This document shows, piece by piece, positions 42,397 to 50,783 of a stretch of DNA of 64,000 bases. Each line of letters starts with the position of its first letter. Position 1 is the stretch's first letter. A program made the translations under genes and the position numbers. Source of the DNA: Synechococcaceae cyanobacterium SM2_3_1 (lineage in GTDB: Bacteria > Cyanobacteriota > Cyanobacteriia > Thermostichales > Thermostichaceae); NCBI GenBank assembly GCA_012030715.1, contig JAAUUJ010000002.1:4966-68965 (forward strand), in the 5' to 3' direction. The notes beneath the pieces are model-generated. The model was not told the DNA's origin, made no database searches, and saw nothing but the letters and a program-made list of their open reading frames with translations.

Positions 42397-42719
42397 GGCG
42401 GGCGAACTAGAAATAGTGGGGAGGGTTAATCATGGATCCCATCAAACACCAGCCCTGAGAGTCCGTCAACGGAGGAAACCTGCTGTATGAAATTACACCG
42501 CGACAAGTGAAATTTACGGTTGCCTTCTGGAAAAGGTTACAGACTGTAAGCCTTTCGGCGATTGAAGTTCGTGCCCCCAGATCCGGATCTGGGAACCTGG
42601 GGCCAGGGACAGTGAGAGCCTGAATTCTGGATGAGGACTGGAGTTGCTTGGTTTTCTCCTGTGAAGTCCCAAGTTTGCTCTAAAGTTGAGAAGAATATTT
42701 TTTCACAAATTTTCTGCTT

Positions 42720-43856
42720 ATGTCACTGCGGTCGGTCACAGGTGCTGAGGCATGTCCCCCAGAAGACCGTCCTTACTGGCTGGCCTGGGCTCAGATTCAT
42801 GGCATGGGGCCCCATCGCCTCAAGCGTCTTGTCCAGCAGTTTGGCTCCTTACAGACGGCCTGGCTCGCTGACGAAATAGCCCTGATGCAGGTGGAAGGCA
42901 TTGGCACACAGCTAGCGTCCACCATTCGAGAGGAGCGGCAGCGGCGAGATCCTGAGGTACTGCTGCAGCAAGCTGAGCATCCGGACTGTGACCTGATCAC
43001 CCCCGCCGATGGCAACTACCCACCTCTGCTTTGGGAACTCCCGGACCCTCCCCCCTCCCTCTACCTGCTGGGAGAGCAGCCCCGGTGGCATCCCACAGTG
43101 GGGATCGTCGGCACTCGCAGTCCCACAGCCTATGGTCGGCGCTGGACGGAGAAGGTGGCCACAGCTCTGGCAGAAGCAGGATTTGTCGTGGTCTCGGGAT
43201 TGGCAGCAGGGATCGATGGGGTCGCGCATCAAGCCTGTCTCCAGGCGGGGGGGGATCACGCTGGCGGTGCTGGGCACAGGAGTGGATCAGGTGTATCCAG
43301 CGCAACACCGACGTCTGGCGGAGCAGATTAAAACTCAAGGAGCCCTGATCAGCGAGTTTCCTCCGGGCACCTGCCTGCGAAAGAAAATTTCCCCCGTCGC
43401 AACCGCATCATTGCCGGACTCTGCCCTGCGGTCCTGGTGATGGAAGCTCCAGAAAAGTCAGGGGCCCTGATCACGGCTTACCTGGCCAACAACTATAACC
43501 GCGATGTTTATGCTCTCCCCGGCCCGATTGATACGGCAGCAGCTCGGGGCTGTTTGAAGTTGATCCAGTCCGGTGCAGGCATGATTTTAAGTATTGAAGA
43601 ATTATTGGAACAACTGGGGACGCCAGTGGCTTTAAATACTGGGGTAGCTCAGACAGATCCAGGGGGACACCTTGAAGGCAGTGAACGTCTGATCTGGCAA
43701 CACCTCAATCATGAGCCCATCTCCCTCGACTCCCTGGCGCAGCTGACCCACCTAGACATTCAGACGCTTTCCAGTTCTCTGTTGATGCTGGAGTTAGAGG
43801 GGTTGGTGATCCAGGTTCCCGGCTTGAGATATCAGCGTTCTGCAGGGTCCTACTAA
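42720..43856 (+). pseudogene. dprA: DNA-processing protein DprA, read in three frames because of two apparent indels
   Basis: ORF 42720..43331 covers ...GIVGTRSPTAYGRRW...VVSGLAAGIDGVAHQACLQAGG. The continuation ITLAVLGTGVDQVYPAQHRRLAEQIKTQGALISEFPPGT is in the frame of ORF 43009..43440. The next part, (L)PAKENFPRRNRIIAGLCPAVLVMEAPEKSGALITA..., is in the frame of ORF 43437..43856. The sites are the G8 run 43247-43254 (+1) and 43370-43375 (-1). Confidence 0.85.
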
Positions 43857-44017
43857 CTGCACACGTCACCAGATTTATAACTTGCTGGATCAGCTCGGTG
43901 ACTGCCACATCAGCAACATGGGCTATAGAGGAGTTGTGTCAAACTGATAGGAGCAGAGGCAGGGGACGTCACAGATCTTGATTAAATAGACCCTAATTAA
44001 GATATGAGGAGAAAGGC

Positions 44018-44353
44018 ATGACAGAAGCAACCACACCTGATATCAGGGATCTAATCCTGGCTCTGGACAAGAAAATTGACACCCAGTTTAGAGATCTGGA
44101 TAAAAAATTAGATGCCATGGACAAGAAAATTGATGTCCAAAATGCAGAATTAAAGTCAGAGATCCAACGGGTAGAGTTAAGTTTAGAAAAGCAGATCAGC
44201 CTCAATGGTGCAGAGATTAAACGACTAGAAGAAAAGATGGATGGATTTGGAAAACGCCTGGATCAGCAGGAATTTATCAGCCGTGGAGCGATCATTACCC
44301 TGCTGGCAGGGGTGGCCACTGGATTTATCAGATACCTTTTCTTCCCCAGCTAG
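44018..44353 (+). CDS. small coiled-coil protein with C-terminal TM anchor
   Basis: ORF track 111 aa, preceded by GAGGAGAAAGG. It has an internal repeat LDKKIDTQFRD / LDKKLDAMD / KKIDVQN and a C-terminal hydrophobic stretch AIITLLAGVATGFIRYLFF. The region is AT-rich (43% GC in a sampled line). Confidence 0.55.
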   Translation: MTEATTPDIRDLILALDKKIDTQFRDLDKKLDAMDKKIDVQNAELKSEIQRVELSLEKQISLNGAEIKRLEEKMDGFGKRLDQQEFISRGAIITLLAGVATGFIRYLFFPS

Positions 44354-44368
44354 ATCAGCGAACACCCT

Positions 44369-44554
44369 ATGTCTACTCCAACTCTCTCACCCCAGCTAGT
44401 TAAACGAAGGGAAACTATTCTCAGTATTGCTCGAACCTACGGAGCCTCGAATGTCCGTATATTTGGCTCGGTGGCTAGACAGGTTGATCAAACATACACA
44501 TATCGCAATCAGACATCAGATGGAAGAGATCAGCAGACTCAAATTCCTCTCTAA
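44369..44554 (+). pseudogene. truncated MNT-type nucleotidyltransferase (antitoxin-like) gene fragment
   Basis: LVKRRETILSIARTYGASNVRIFGSVAR matches the N-terminus of minimal nucleotidyltransferases up to the G-S motif. Similarity ends at about 44479, before the catalytic DxD, and 24 unrelated codons follow. Confidence 0.5.
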
Positions 44555-44760
44555 CCAGAAAAGTAGCTTCGGTAATCTCACGAGTCATACCTGAGGCCAG
44601 TTGAGGAGCAAAAGATTCAATCCCAGTTTTTTCAATCGCAGTTTTTTCTGGGGCTGGATCTGTCGCTGGCAACGATCCTACAGGCGGGAGCAGAGGGATA
44701 GAGACTGGGCAGTTATCTCCGAAAGGGTAGGTTGAGAGCAGATCCCGATGGAGTATTGCC

Positions 44761-45558
44761 ATGACCATGTCTCAGGTGAGTCGCTGGCTCCCTCAAGCCC
44801 TGGTGGGAGGAGGGATCCTGGTGGTTTTACTCAGTACCAATCCCTTTCGCTTCGTCGAAAACGGACAGAATCTGGTGGTCTTTTCCTGGTTCAGTGGCGT
44901 GCAGTCCAGCCCCCTGCAACCGGGGTTCCACGTGATCACGCCTGTGGTCACTTCCACCTACCCCTTTGACATTAAAACCCGCGCCCTCACCTGGAAGGAT
45001 CAGGATGCCACCGCCTATGGTCCGCGCCTGGTGTCTCTCTCCCGCGATGGCCAGGTGATCCGCTCGGAGGTAACGCTGCAATTCCGGGTCTCGGATCCAG
45101 CGCGTGTGTTTACCGTGTTGGGGCCGGATCCCATCTATGAAGATCGAATTGCCCCGATTGTGCGCTCGGTGATTGCCTCAGAAACCGCCGCCTTTTCGGC
45201 CCAGGCCCTCTATTCCACCGAACGACCCGTGCTGCAGGCCCAGATCCGGGAGCGGCTCTCCACCTATTTGCAGGAGTTTGGCATCACCGTGATTGATTTG
45301 CTCTTGCGGGATGTGACTTTTGATCCCGATTTTGTGGCAGCGATTGAGGCCAAAACCATTGCTGAGAACCAGCTGGCCCAGAAGGAGTTTGAAATTGAAG
45401 AAGCCCGCCAGAATGCCCGGTCTACCGTAGCGGCAGCACAAGGGGAAGCTGGACGTCTGGAGGCCAAGGCCGATGCCCTCAACCAGAACCCTGAATACCT
45501 GAATGTTGTCAAATCTGGCGTTCTGGGGGACACCCTGGACACCTTGATCACTGAGTAA
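44761..45558 (+). CDS. SPFH/Band-7 (prohibitin-like) domain protein
   Basis: ORF track 265 aa. It has an N-terminal TM helix, an SPFH core (GFHVITPVVTSTYPFDIKTR...) and a coiled-coil tail (AIEAKTIAENQLAQKEFEIEEARQNA). Confidence 0.85.
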   Translation: MTMSQVSRWLPQALVGGGILVVLLSTNPFRFVENGQNLVVFSWFSGVQSSPLQPGFHVITPVVTSTYPFDIKTRALTWKDQDATAYGPRLVSLSRDGQVIRSEVTLQFRVSDPARVFTVLGPDPIYEDRIAPIVRSVIASETAAFSAQALYSTERPVLQAQIRERLSTYLQEFGITVIDLLLRDVTFDPDFVAAIEAKTIAENQLAQKEFEIEEARQNARSTVAAAQGEAGRLEAKADALNQNPEYLNVVKSGVLGDTLDTLITE

Positions 45559-45577
45559 TTTTTATCAGGAAGGTGAT

Positions 45578-46510
45578 ATGGATACCTCTCGCAAATTAGT
45601 CTTCCCCATTGCCCTGGCCGGTCTGGCAGTAGCCTCTCTGATCGGGGCTCGTTCCTGCCTCTACGTCACCCCTCCGGGCCAAGCCACGGTGATCTTTAAC
45701 TCAATTCGGGGTCTGCAGCGGGATCAGATTAGGGAACCTGGGGTGATTGTGATCACACCGTTTGTAGATCTGCCCGTCACCTACGACATGCGCACCAAGG
45801 TCTGGCAGTTTACGAATGAACCCTCTGTCAATCAGGCGGGGGCTGCCATTACTGTCAACTCTGCCGATGGTCAGGCTTTTTCAATTGATGTTTACATTGC
45901 GCTCCGTCCCAACGAAGCCAACCTTGATGATCTGCATGCTGAGATCGGAGAGAACTATATGGATACCGTGGTGGTGCCGGTGGCAAGATCCAAGATTCGG
46001 GATATCTCCGCCGAGTTTGATTCGGAAGATTTTTACCGTCAGGATCGTCGCACCGAGATTGAGGAGCGAGCCGCTGAGTTGATCCGCGAGGAGATGCCCA
46101 CTGCAGTGGATGATCCAGAAACACCACTTATCATCATCGAAGGCGTTTTCTTAGGCACCCCCAACTTCCCAGATGCCCTCAAGGAGTCGATTGAGCGCAA
46201 GCAGGTGGCCTCGATTACAGCCCAGACTGCGGCGGTGCGAGCCGAGATCCAGGCCAAGGAAACGGAACGGCTGTTGATCCTGGCGGAAGCGGATCAGGAA
46301 GCAATTGAGCTGCAGGGACAGGCGGCGGCCATCAACGCTCAGCTGGCGGATTTGCTCTTCTATGAGCGGCTGCAGGAACGGATCCGGCAGGCTCAGCAGG
46401 CTGGGAGAACCCCTCCTCTGCGGGTGATCCGTCTGGAAAATAATCAGTCCACGGTGTTTCTCAATGTGGAGCCGCAGCAGGCCGCCGCCTTACAGGGAGG
46501 CAGCCAGTAG
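45578..46510 (+). CDS. SPFH/Band-7 (prohibitin-like) domain protein, second paralogue
   Basis: ORF track 310 aa. It has an N-terminal TM helix, an SPFH core and a coiled-coil tail (ESIERKQVASITAQTAAVRAEIQAKETER). It starts 19 nt after the first paralogue. Confidence 0.85.
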   Translation: MDTSRKLVFPIALAGLAVASLIGARSCLYVTPPGQATVIFNSIRGLQRDQIREPGVIVITPFVDLPVTYDMRTKVWQFTNEPSVNQAGAAITVNSADGQAFSIDVYIALRPNEANLDDLHAEIGENYMDTVVVPVARSKIRDISAEFDSEDFYRQDRRTEIEERAAELIREEMPTAVDDPETPLIIIEGVFLGTPNFPDALKESIERKQVASITAQTAAVRAEIQAKETERLLILAEADQEAIELQGQAAAINAQLADLLFYERLQERIRQAQQAGRTPPLRVIRLENNQSTVFLNVEPQQAAALQGGSQ

Positions 46511-46515
46511 TCCCC

Positions 46516-46821
46516 TCAGGATGGATCCCGATCCAGGCGTTTGCGCACCCGGTCCCGCACTTTGTCCTGAGCCTTGCCCTCAATGCGAAACAGAAAAACC
46601 GCTAGGGCCAGGATGCCGACTTGTAAGGCCAGATTGGGCAGGGTGGTCTCCAGATCTCGTCCCGCCAGGGCCCGCATGCCAAAGACAAAAGCACCCAACC
46701 CACAGGAGGTGCCCACGGCCAGGTAGACAAACTTGCGCAGCCCACGGTACGGAGCCGCCAGTTCTGAAGTCAGGCGAACCCGATCAGCACTCGAGAGGGG
46801 ACGACGGGGATCCAGCGGCAT
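46516..46821 (-). CDS. DUF3493-like small membrane protein
   Basis: Within ORF 46516..46935, the internal ATG at 46821 gives MPLDPRRPLSSADRVRLTSELAAPYRGLRKFVYLAVGTSCGLGAFVF..., with two TM helices. Confidence 0.6.
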   Translation of the reverse strand: MPLDPRRPLSSADRVRLTSELAAPYRGLRKFVYLAVGTSCGLGAFVFGMRALAGRDLETTLPNLALQVGILALAVFLFRIEGKAQDKVRDRVRKRLDRDPS

Positions 46822-46843
46822 AGCAAGCAGGAAATCAGTCCCT

Positions 46844-47647
46844 TTATTGTGGCATCTGGAGGCGATCCAGCCGTAGTTGGTGCCTGGGGGTGAAAAGTCG
46901 GGTGAAAGCCATGAGCACAACTCCCAGGGTCCCAAGGGCAGTGCCGGAGACGATCATGAACACGATCACGATCTGGTAGCGTACTGCTTCACTGGGTTCC
47001 GCACCCGCCAGGATCTGGCCAGTCATCATGCCGGGCAAACTCACCAGACCCATCACCACCATGGAGTTAATGCTGGGGATCATGCCGGTGCGCAGGGCAT
47101 TCTGGATCTGGGCGTGGGCTGCTTCCCAGCGGGTGGCCCCAAGGGCCAAAAGGGCCTCGATCTCATCCTGATGCACCACCAGCGATTCGGTGAAGGCATT
47201 TAAACCCAGGGAAATACCGTTGAGGGTGTTGCCCAGAACCATCCCCAGCAGCGGAATCAAATATTGAGGGTTGTACCAGGGATCCACCTGCAGAATCAGC
47301 ACCAGCGAGAGACCACACACCAAACCGGAGGAGACCAGGATCGAGAGAATACTCTGGCGATAGATCCCCAGAAACCGCCTTGGAATCCTGTTGACTCCGG
47401 CAATACCCGCAACAGTGGCCATAATCAGAGCAATAGTCAGGATCAAAGGGGGCGAGGGGATCTGAAAGAGCCATTGCAACAGGTATCCCACCAGCAGCAG
47501 TTGCACGACCATGCGCAGTGAGGCCATCCCCAGCGACCGTTCTAACCGCAGTCCCATGCACCAGGACAGAAGCAGATTGATCAACAACAACAGTGCCGAG
47601 CCCAGCAGTTGCCAGTTACTGATCAAGAGATAGGAGGTCTCAGTCAT
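46844..47647 (-). CDS. fetB: iron-export ABC transporter permease (YbbM/FetB, UPF0014 family)
   Basis: ORF track 267 aa. SLRMVVQLLLVGYLLQWLF resembles E. coli FetB IQLIIVGYVLKYIF. It is polytopic and overlaps the upstream ATPase gene by 8 nt. Confidence 0.8.
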   Translation of the reverse strand: MTETSYLLISNWQLLGSALLLLINLLLSWCMGLRLERSLGMASLRMVVQLLLVGYLLQWLFQIPSPPLILTIALIMATVAGIAGVNRIPRRFLGIYRQSILSILVSSGLVCGLSLVLILQVDPWYNPQYLIPLLGMVLGNTLNGISLGLNAFTESLVVHQDEIEALLALGATRWEAAHAQIQNALRTGMIPSINSMVVMGLVSLPGMMTGQILAGAEPSEAVRYQIVIVFMIVSGTALGTLGVVLMAFTRLFTPRHQLRLDRLQMPQ

Positions 47648-48305
47648 GATTGGATTTATGAAGGAGCAGAGAAGTGTTGCACACCCGATGCAGCTGATCC
47701 GACTGATGGCTGGTCCAGATGCAGACCCGTTGCTCAGCAGCCTGAACCCAGGTCTGGAGTAGAGATTCCACCCTCAGTGCCGTTGCAGCATCCAGGGAGG
47801 CAGTGGGTTCATCCAGCAGTAACACATGCGGATCCAGCTGCAGGCTTCTGAGCAGATTGAGCAGCTGACGCTCTCCACCTGAAAGGGTTGCCCCTGGCTG
47901 CTCTAGAAAGTGACTGGGGTAGTGAAGCTGCTCCAGATAGGCCAGAATTTTTTCGCGGTCATAGAGCCTGGATTGATGGATCTGCAGTTGCCAGACCCGT
48001 TTCAGGTTGTCCTCCACGGTTCCCGCAAAGATGGCAGGCCGTTGACTCAGGTACATAATCTGGCGGCGGTACTCCGGCATGGACCAGTCCTGTTGTGCTT
48101 TCCCCAGCAGCAGGATCGATCCGGCGGCAACCTCATCCAATCCCGCCAGGGAGCGTAGAAGTAGGGTTTTACCAGATCCCGAAGCCCCCATGAGGGCAAG
48201 ACTACAGCCACTGGGCAGACTGAAACTGATCCCCTGCCAGAGCCAGTGCTGGTCGAGTTTTCGGCCCAGGTGCTGCACCTCAAGGATGGGGAGAATCTGG
48301 CTCAT
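47640..48305 (-). CDS. fetA: ABC transporter ATP-binding protein (YbbL/FetA-like)
   Basis: Within ORF 47640..48365 I prefer ATG 48305 (MSQILPILEVQHL). Walker A GASGSGKT, signature LSGGERQ and Walker B LLLDEPT are present. Confidence 0.8.
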   Translation of the reverse strand: MSQILPILEVQHLGRKLDQHWLWQGISFSLPSGCSLALMGASGSGKTLLLRSLAGLDEVAAGSILLLGKAQQDWSMPEYRRQIMYLSQRPAIFAGTVEDNLKRVWQLQIHQSRLYDREKILAYLEQLHYPSHFLEQPGATLSGGERQLLNLLRSLQLDPHVLLLDEPTASLDAATALRVESLLQTWVQAAEQRVCIWTSHQSDQLHRVCNTSLLLHKSNHD

Positions 48306-48318
48306 GGTTGAATAGAAC

Positions 48319-50193
48319 GTGGATGTGGATCTCGTCCTGGCTGAGCATCCTATCGTTTCTGACACTTTTTACCGCAGGATAATCGTGGTTCGCCCCCAAC
48401 GCTGGTTGATTCCAACTCCAGATCCGCAGCAGGCCCAGCACCTGGCTGAACAGGTTGATCTTTCTCCTCTCCTCACCCAGGTTCTCCTGAATCGCGGCAT
48501 CTCAACCCTGCAAGAAGCTCAACTCTATCTGGATCCAACGCCCTGGGAGTTACCCGATCCCCTGCAGGATTTTCCTGATCTGCAAGCCAGTGTGGATCGG
48601 TTACAGCAGGCCATCCAGAAGCAAGAGCAGGTGGCCATCTGTGGAGACTACGACGCCGATGGTATGACCAGCACCGCCCTGTTACTGCGCACCCTGCGTC
48701 ACTTTCAGGTCCAGGTGAGCTACGACATCCCCAGTCGCCTCACGGAAGGCTACGGCATTAACGAGCGCATGGTTCAGGATCTGGCGGACCAGGGGGTTAG
48801 CCTGATCATCACCGTTGACAACGGGATCTCTGCCCATGCCGCCATTGCCCTGGCCAAAGCGCTGGGGTTGAGTGTGCTGATTACCGATCATCATGATCTG
48901 CCCCCCGAGCTACCCGCCGCCGATGCCATCCTCAATCCCAAGCTGATCCGCGAAGATTCCCCCTACCGCGGTGCTGGCGGGGGTGGGGGTGGCCTACCTG
49001 CTGGCCTGCTGTCTGGGGCAACCGAACTGGGGGATGAGAGCCTGCAGCCGATCCTGCTGGAGTTAATGACGCTGGGCACCATTGCCGACATGGCTCCCCT
49101 GACGGGGGTGAACCGTTATTGGGTGAAACAGGGGTTACAACGGTTGCCCCACTCCCAGATCCTGGGGATCCAGGCCCTGATGGCGGTGACGGGCTTAGGA
49201 GGGCAGGAGGATCGCAGTTTGCAGCCGGAGGCGATTGGCTTTGGTCTGGGTCCCCGCATCAATGCGGTCGGTCGTCTGGCTCAACCGCGGGTGGTGATCG
49301 AGCTACTGACCACCGAGGATCCAGAAGAGGCCATGACGCGGGCCCAGGAGTGTGAGCAGCTGAATAAAGAACGGCAGCGACTCTGCCAGGAGATTGAGGC
49401 GGCGGCCCTGCAGCAGATTGCAGAACAAGCAGCGGATCTGGGCCAGGAACGGGTGCTGACGGTACTGGGGGAAGACTGGCACCACGGGGTGATCGGTATC
49501 GTGGCCTCCCGTCTGCTAGAGCGGTTTGGGGCTCCCGTGTTCATCGGCTCCCGCGCCGAGGAGGAGATCCGCGGATCAGTGCGAGGAATTCCCGAGTTCA
49601 ACGTCTTTGCAGCCCTAGAGGCCTGTCAGGATCTGTTCCTCAAATACGGGGGCCATCCGGCAGCAGGTGGCTTCAGCATGGAGGCCCAGCACTGGCCCCA
49701 GTTGTGCGAACGGCTGCAAACCCATGCCCGCAGTCTTCTGACTCCGGATCAGATTCAGCCCCTGGTGGAAGTGGATGTGGAGACCCGCCTGGAGGAGATG
49801 ACTCTGGATCTGTTCCAGCAAATTCAGCGGCTACAACCCTGTGGAGTGGGCAACCGCGAACCGATCTTCTGGAGCCGCGATCTGCAGGTGACCCGGCAGC
49901 GGGTGATCGGCAAGGATCAGACCCACCTCAAGGTGCAGGTGCAACAGGGAGGACGGCCCATCAATGCGGTGGCCTGGCGAGGAGCCCAGGATTATCCCTG
50001 GCCGGAACGGGTGGATCTGGCCTACGTGCTCAAGGCCAATGAATGGCGAGGAGAGATTGAGATGGAACTGGAGGTGAAAGGGGTTCGGCCCAGTCGCCTC
50101 CGCCCCCACCCAGCTGCCGTTGCAGGTGCAGAAACAGCCCACTCCCCCCCCCTGATCCTGACAATCACCGCGAAAAACCCACTCTGGAACTGA
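48319..50193 (+). CDS. recJ: single-stranded-DNA-specific exonuclease RecJ (open frame, but with an internally scrambled 21-codon stretch)
   Basis: ORF track 624 aa. DHH motifs are present (ICGDYDADGMTS, ITVDNG, ITDHH), plus DHHA1 (GGHPAAGGF) and an OB-like C-terminus (NEWRGEIEMELEV). The start is uncertain (GTG 48319 or a downstream GTG). See the findings for the 48970-49033 anomaly. Confidence 0.88.
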   Translation: MDVDLVLAEHPIVSDTFYRRIIVVRPQRWLIPTPDPQQAQHLAEQVDLSPLLTQVLLNRGISTLQEAQLYLDPTPWELPDPLQDFPDLQASVDRLQQAIQKQEQVAICGDYDADGMTSTALLLRTLRHFQVQVSYDIPSRLTEGYGINERMVQDLADQGVSLIITVDNGISAHAAIALAKALGLSVLITDHHDLPPELPAADAILNPKLIREDSPYRGAGGGGGGLPAGLLSGATELGDESLQPILLELMTLGTIADMAPLTGVNRYWVKQGLQRLPHSQILGIQALMAVTGLGGQEDRSLQPEAIGFGLGPRINAVGRLAQPRVVIELLTTEDPEEAMTRAQECEQLNKERQRLCQEIEAAALQQIAEQAADLGQERVLTVLGEDWHHGVIGIVASRLLERFGAPVFIGSRAEEEIRGSVRGIPEFNVFAALEACQDLFLKYGGHPAAGGFSMEAQHWPQLCERLQTHARSLLTPDQIQPLVEVDVETRLEEMTLDLFQQIQRLQPCGVGNREPIFWSRDLQVTRQRVIGKDQTHLKVQVQQGGRPINAVAWRGAQDYPWPERVDLAYVLKANEWRGEIEMELEVKGVRPSRLRPHPAAVAGAETAHSPPLILTITAKNPLWN

Positions 50194-50746
50194 TCTTCCG
50201 GCCCTCCCCCCCATTCCTCATGCCCTGGAGTGGCAGCCCCTCTTTCGCCTCTCGGATCTCCTGCCTGAATGCTGCGGATCCGCCCTGATCTATGGCTATC
50301 GGCGCCCCCACATCGAATCTGGAAAGCAGCTGCAGCTCTACTACGATCGGCCCCAGCCCGGTCATGCCTATGACTATGTGTTTCTCTGGAGCTGGCCCCC
50401 GTCCCTCACCCACCTTAGCTGGCTCTTAGCCTCCACATCTCCCACCGGATCCAGTCTGCAGGTGTATGTGCACCGCCAGGTGGTGCCCCTCGTATCGGCG
50501 GACATCCTGCGCCGCCAGCTGCGCACCCATCTGGAGAGCAACCCACAGGTGGATCTGCTGCGCCTCACCCAGCAATGGTGGCTCTCTCCGGCGGTGGTGG
50601 TGGCAGGGTTGCGAGCGCTGGGCTACACTTGCGCCGATTTCGATTCCACCGGCAGCCTGGCCGAAGAGCTAGGGCAGATGGAACCCTGGTACAGTGCGCC
50701 CTGGTCCACAGTGGCTGCCCAGCTGGAGGAACTCCACAGCCTTTAG
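50162..50746 (+). CDS. open frame contiguous with recJ in a different frame: probable RecJ C-terminal extension or a separate hypothetical protein
   Basis: The ORF track lists 50378..50746 (GTG start). The same frame is stop-free back to 50162, so it overlaps the last 10 recJ codons, and it has no ATG/GTG before 50378. It encodes ...LPALPPIPHALEWQPLFRLSDLLPECCGSALIYGYRRPHIESGKQLQLYYDRPQPGHAYDYVFLWSWPPSL.... Confidence 0.4.
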   Translation, partial: QSPRKTHSGTDLPALPPIPHALEWQPLFRLSDLLPECCGSALIYGYRRPHIESGKQLQLYYDRPQPGHAYDYVFLWSWPPSLTHLSWLLASTSPTGSSLQVYVHRQVVPLVSADILRRQLRTHLESNPQVDLLRLTQQWWLSPAVVVAGLRALGYTCADFDSTGSLAEELGQMEPWYSAPWSTVAAQLEELHSL

Positions 50747-50783
50747 GATAGAAATCCTCACACCCGTGGTTCCCTTTGCTTGC

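Noticed and set aside
42397-42719. Cobalamin riboswitch upstream of the CobO-like gene
   Set aside because: On neither strand could I find the B12 box or the GGTGAAATTCC / GCCACTG-type conserved cores. AGTGAAATTTACGG is only a superficial resemblance and is oriented towards dprA.
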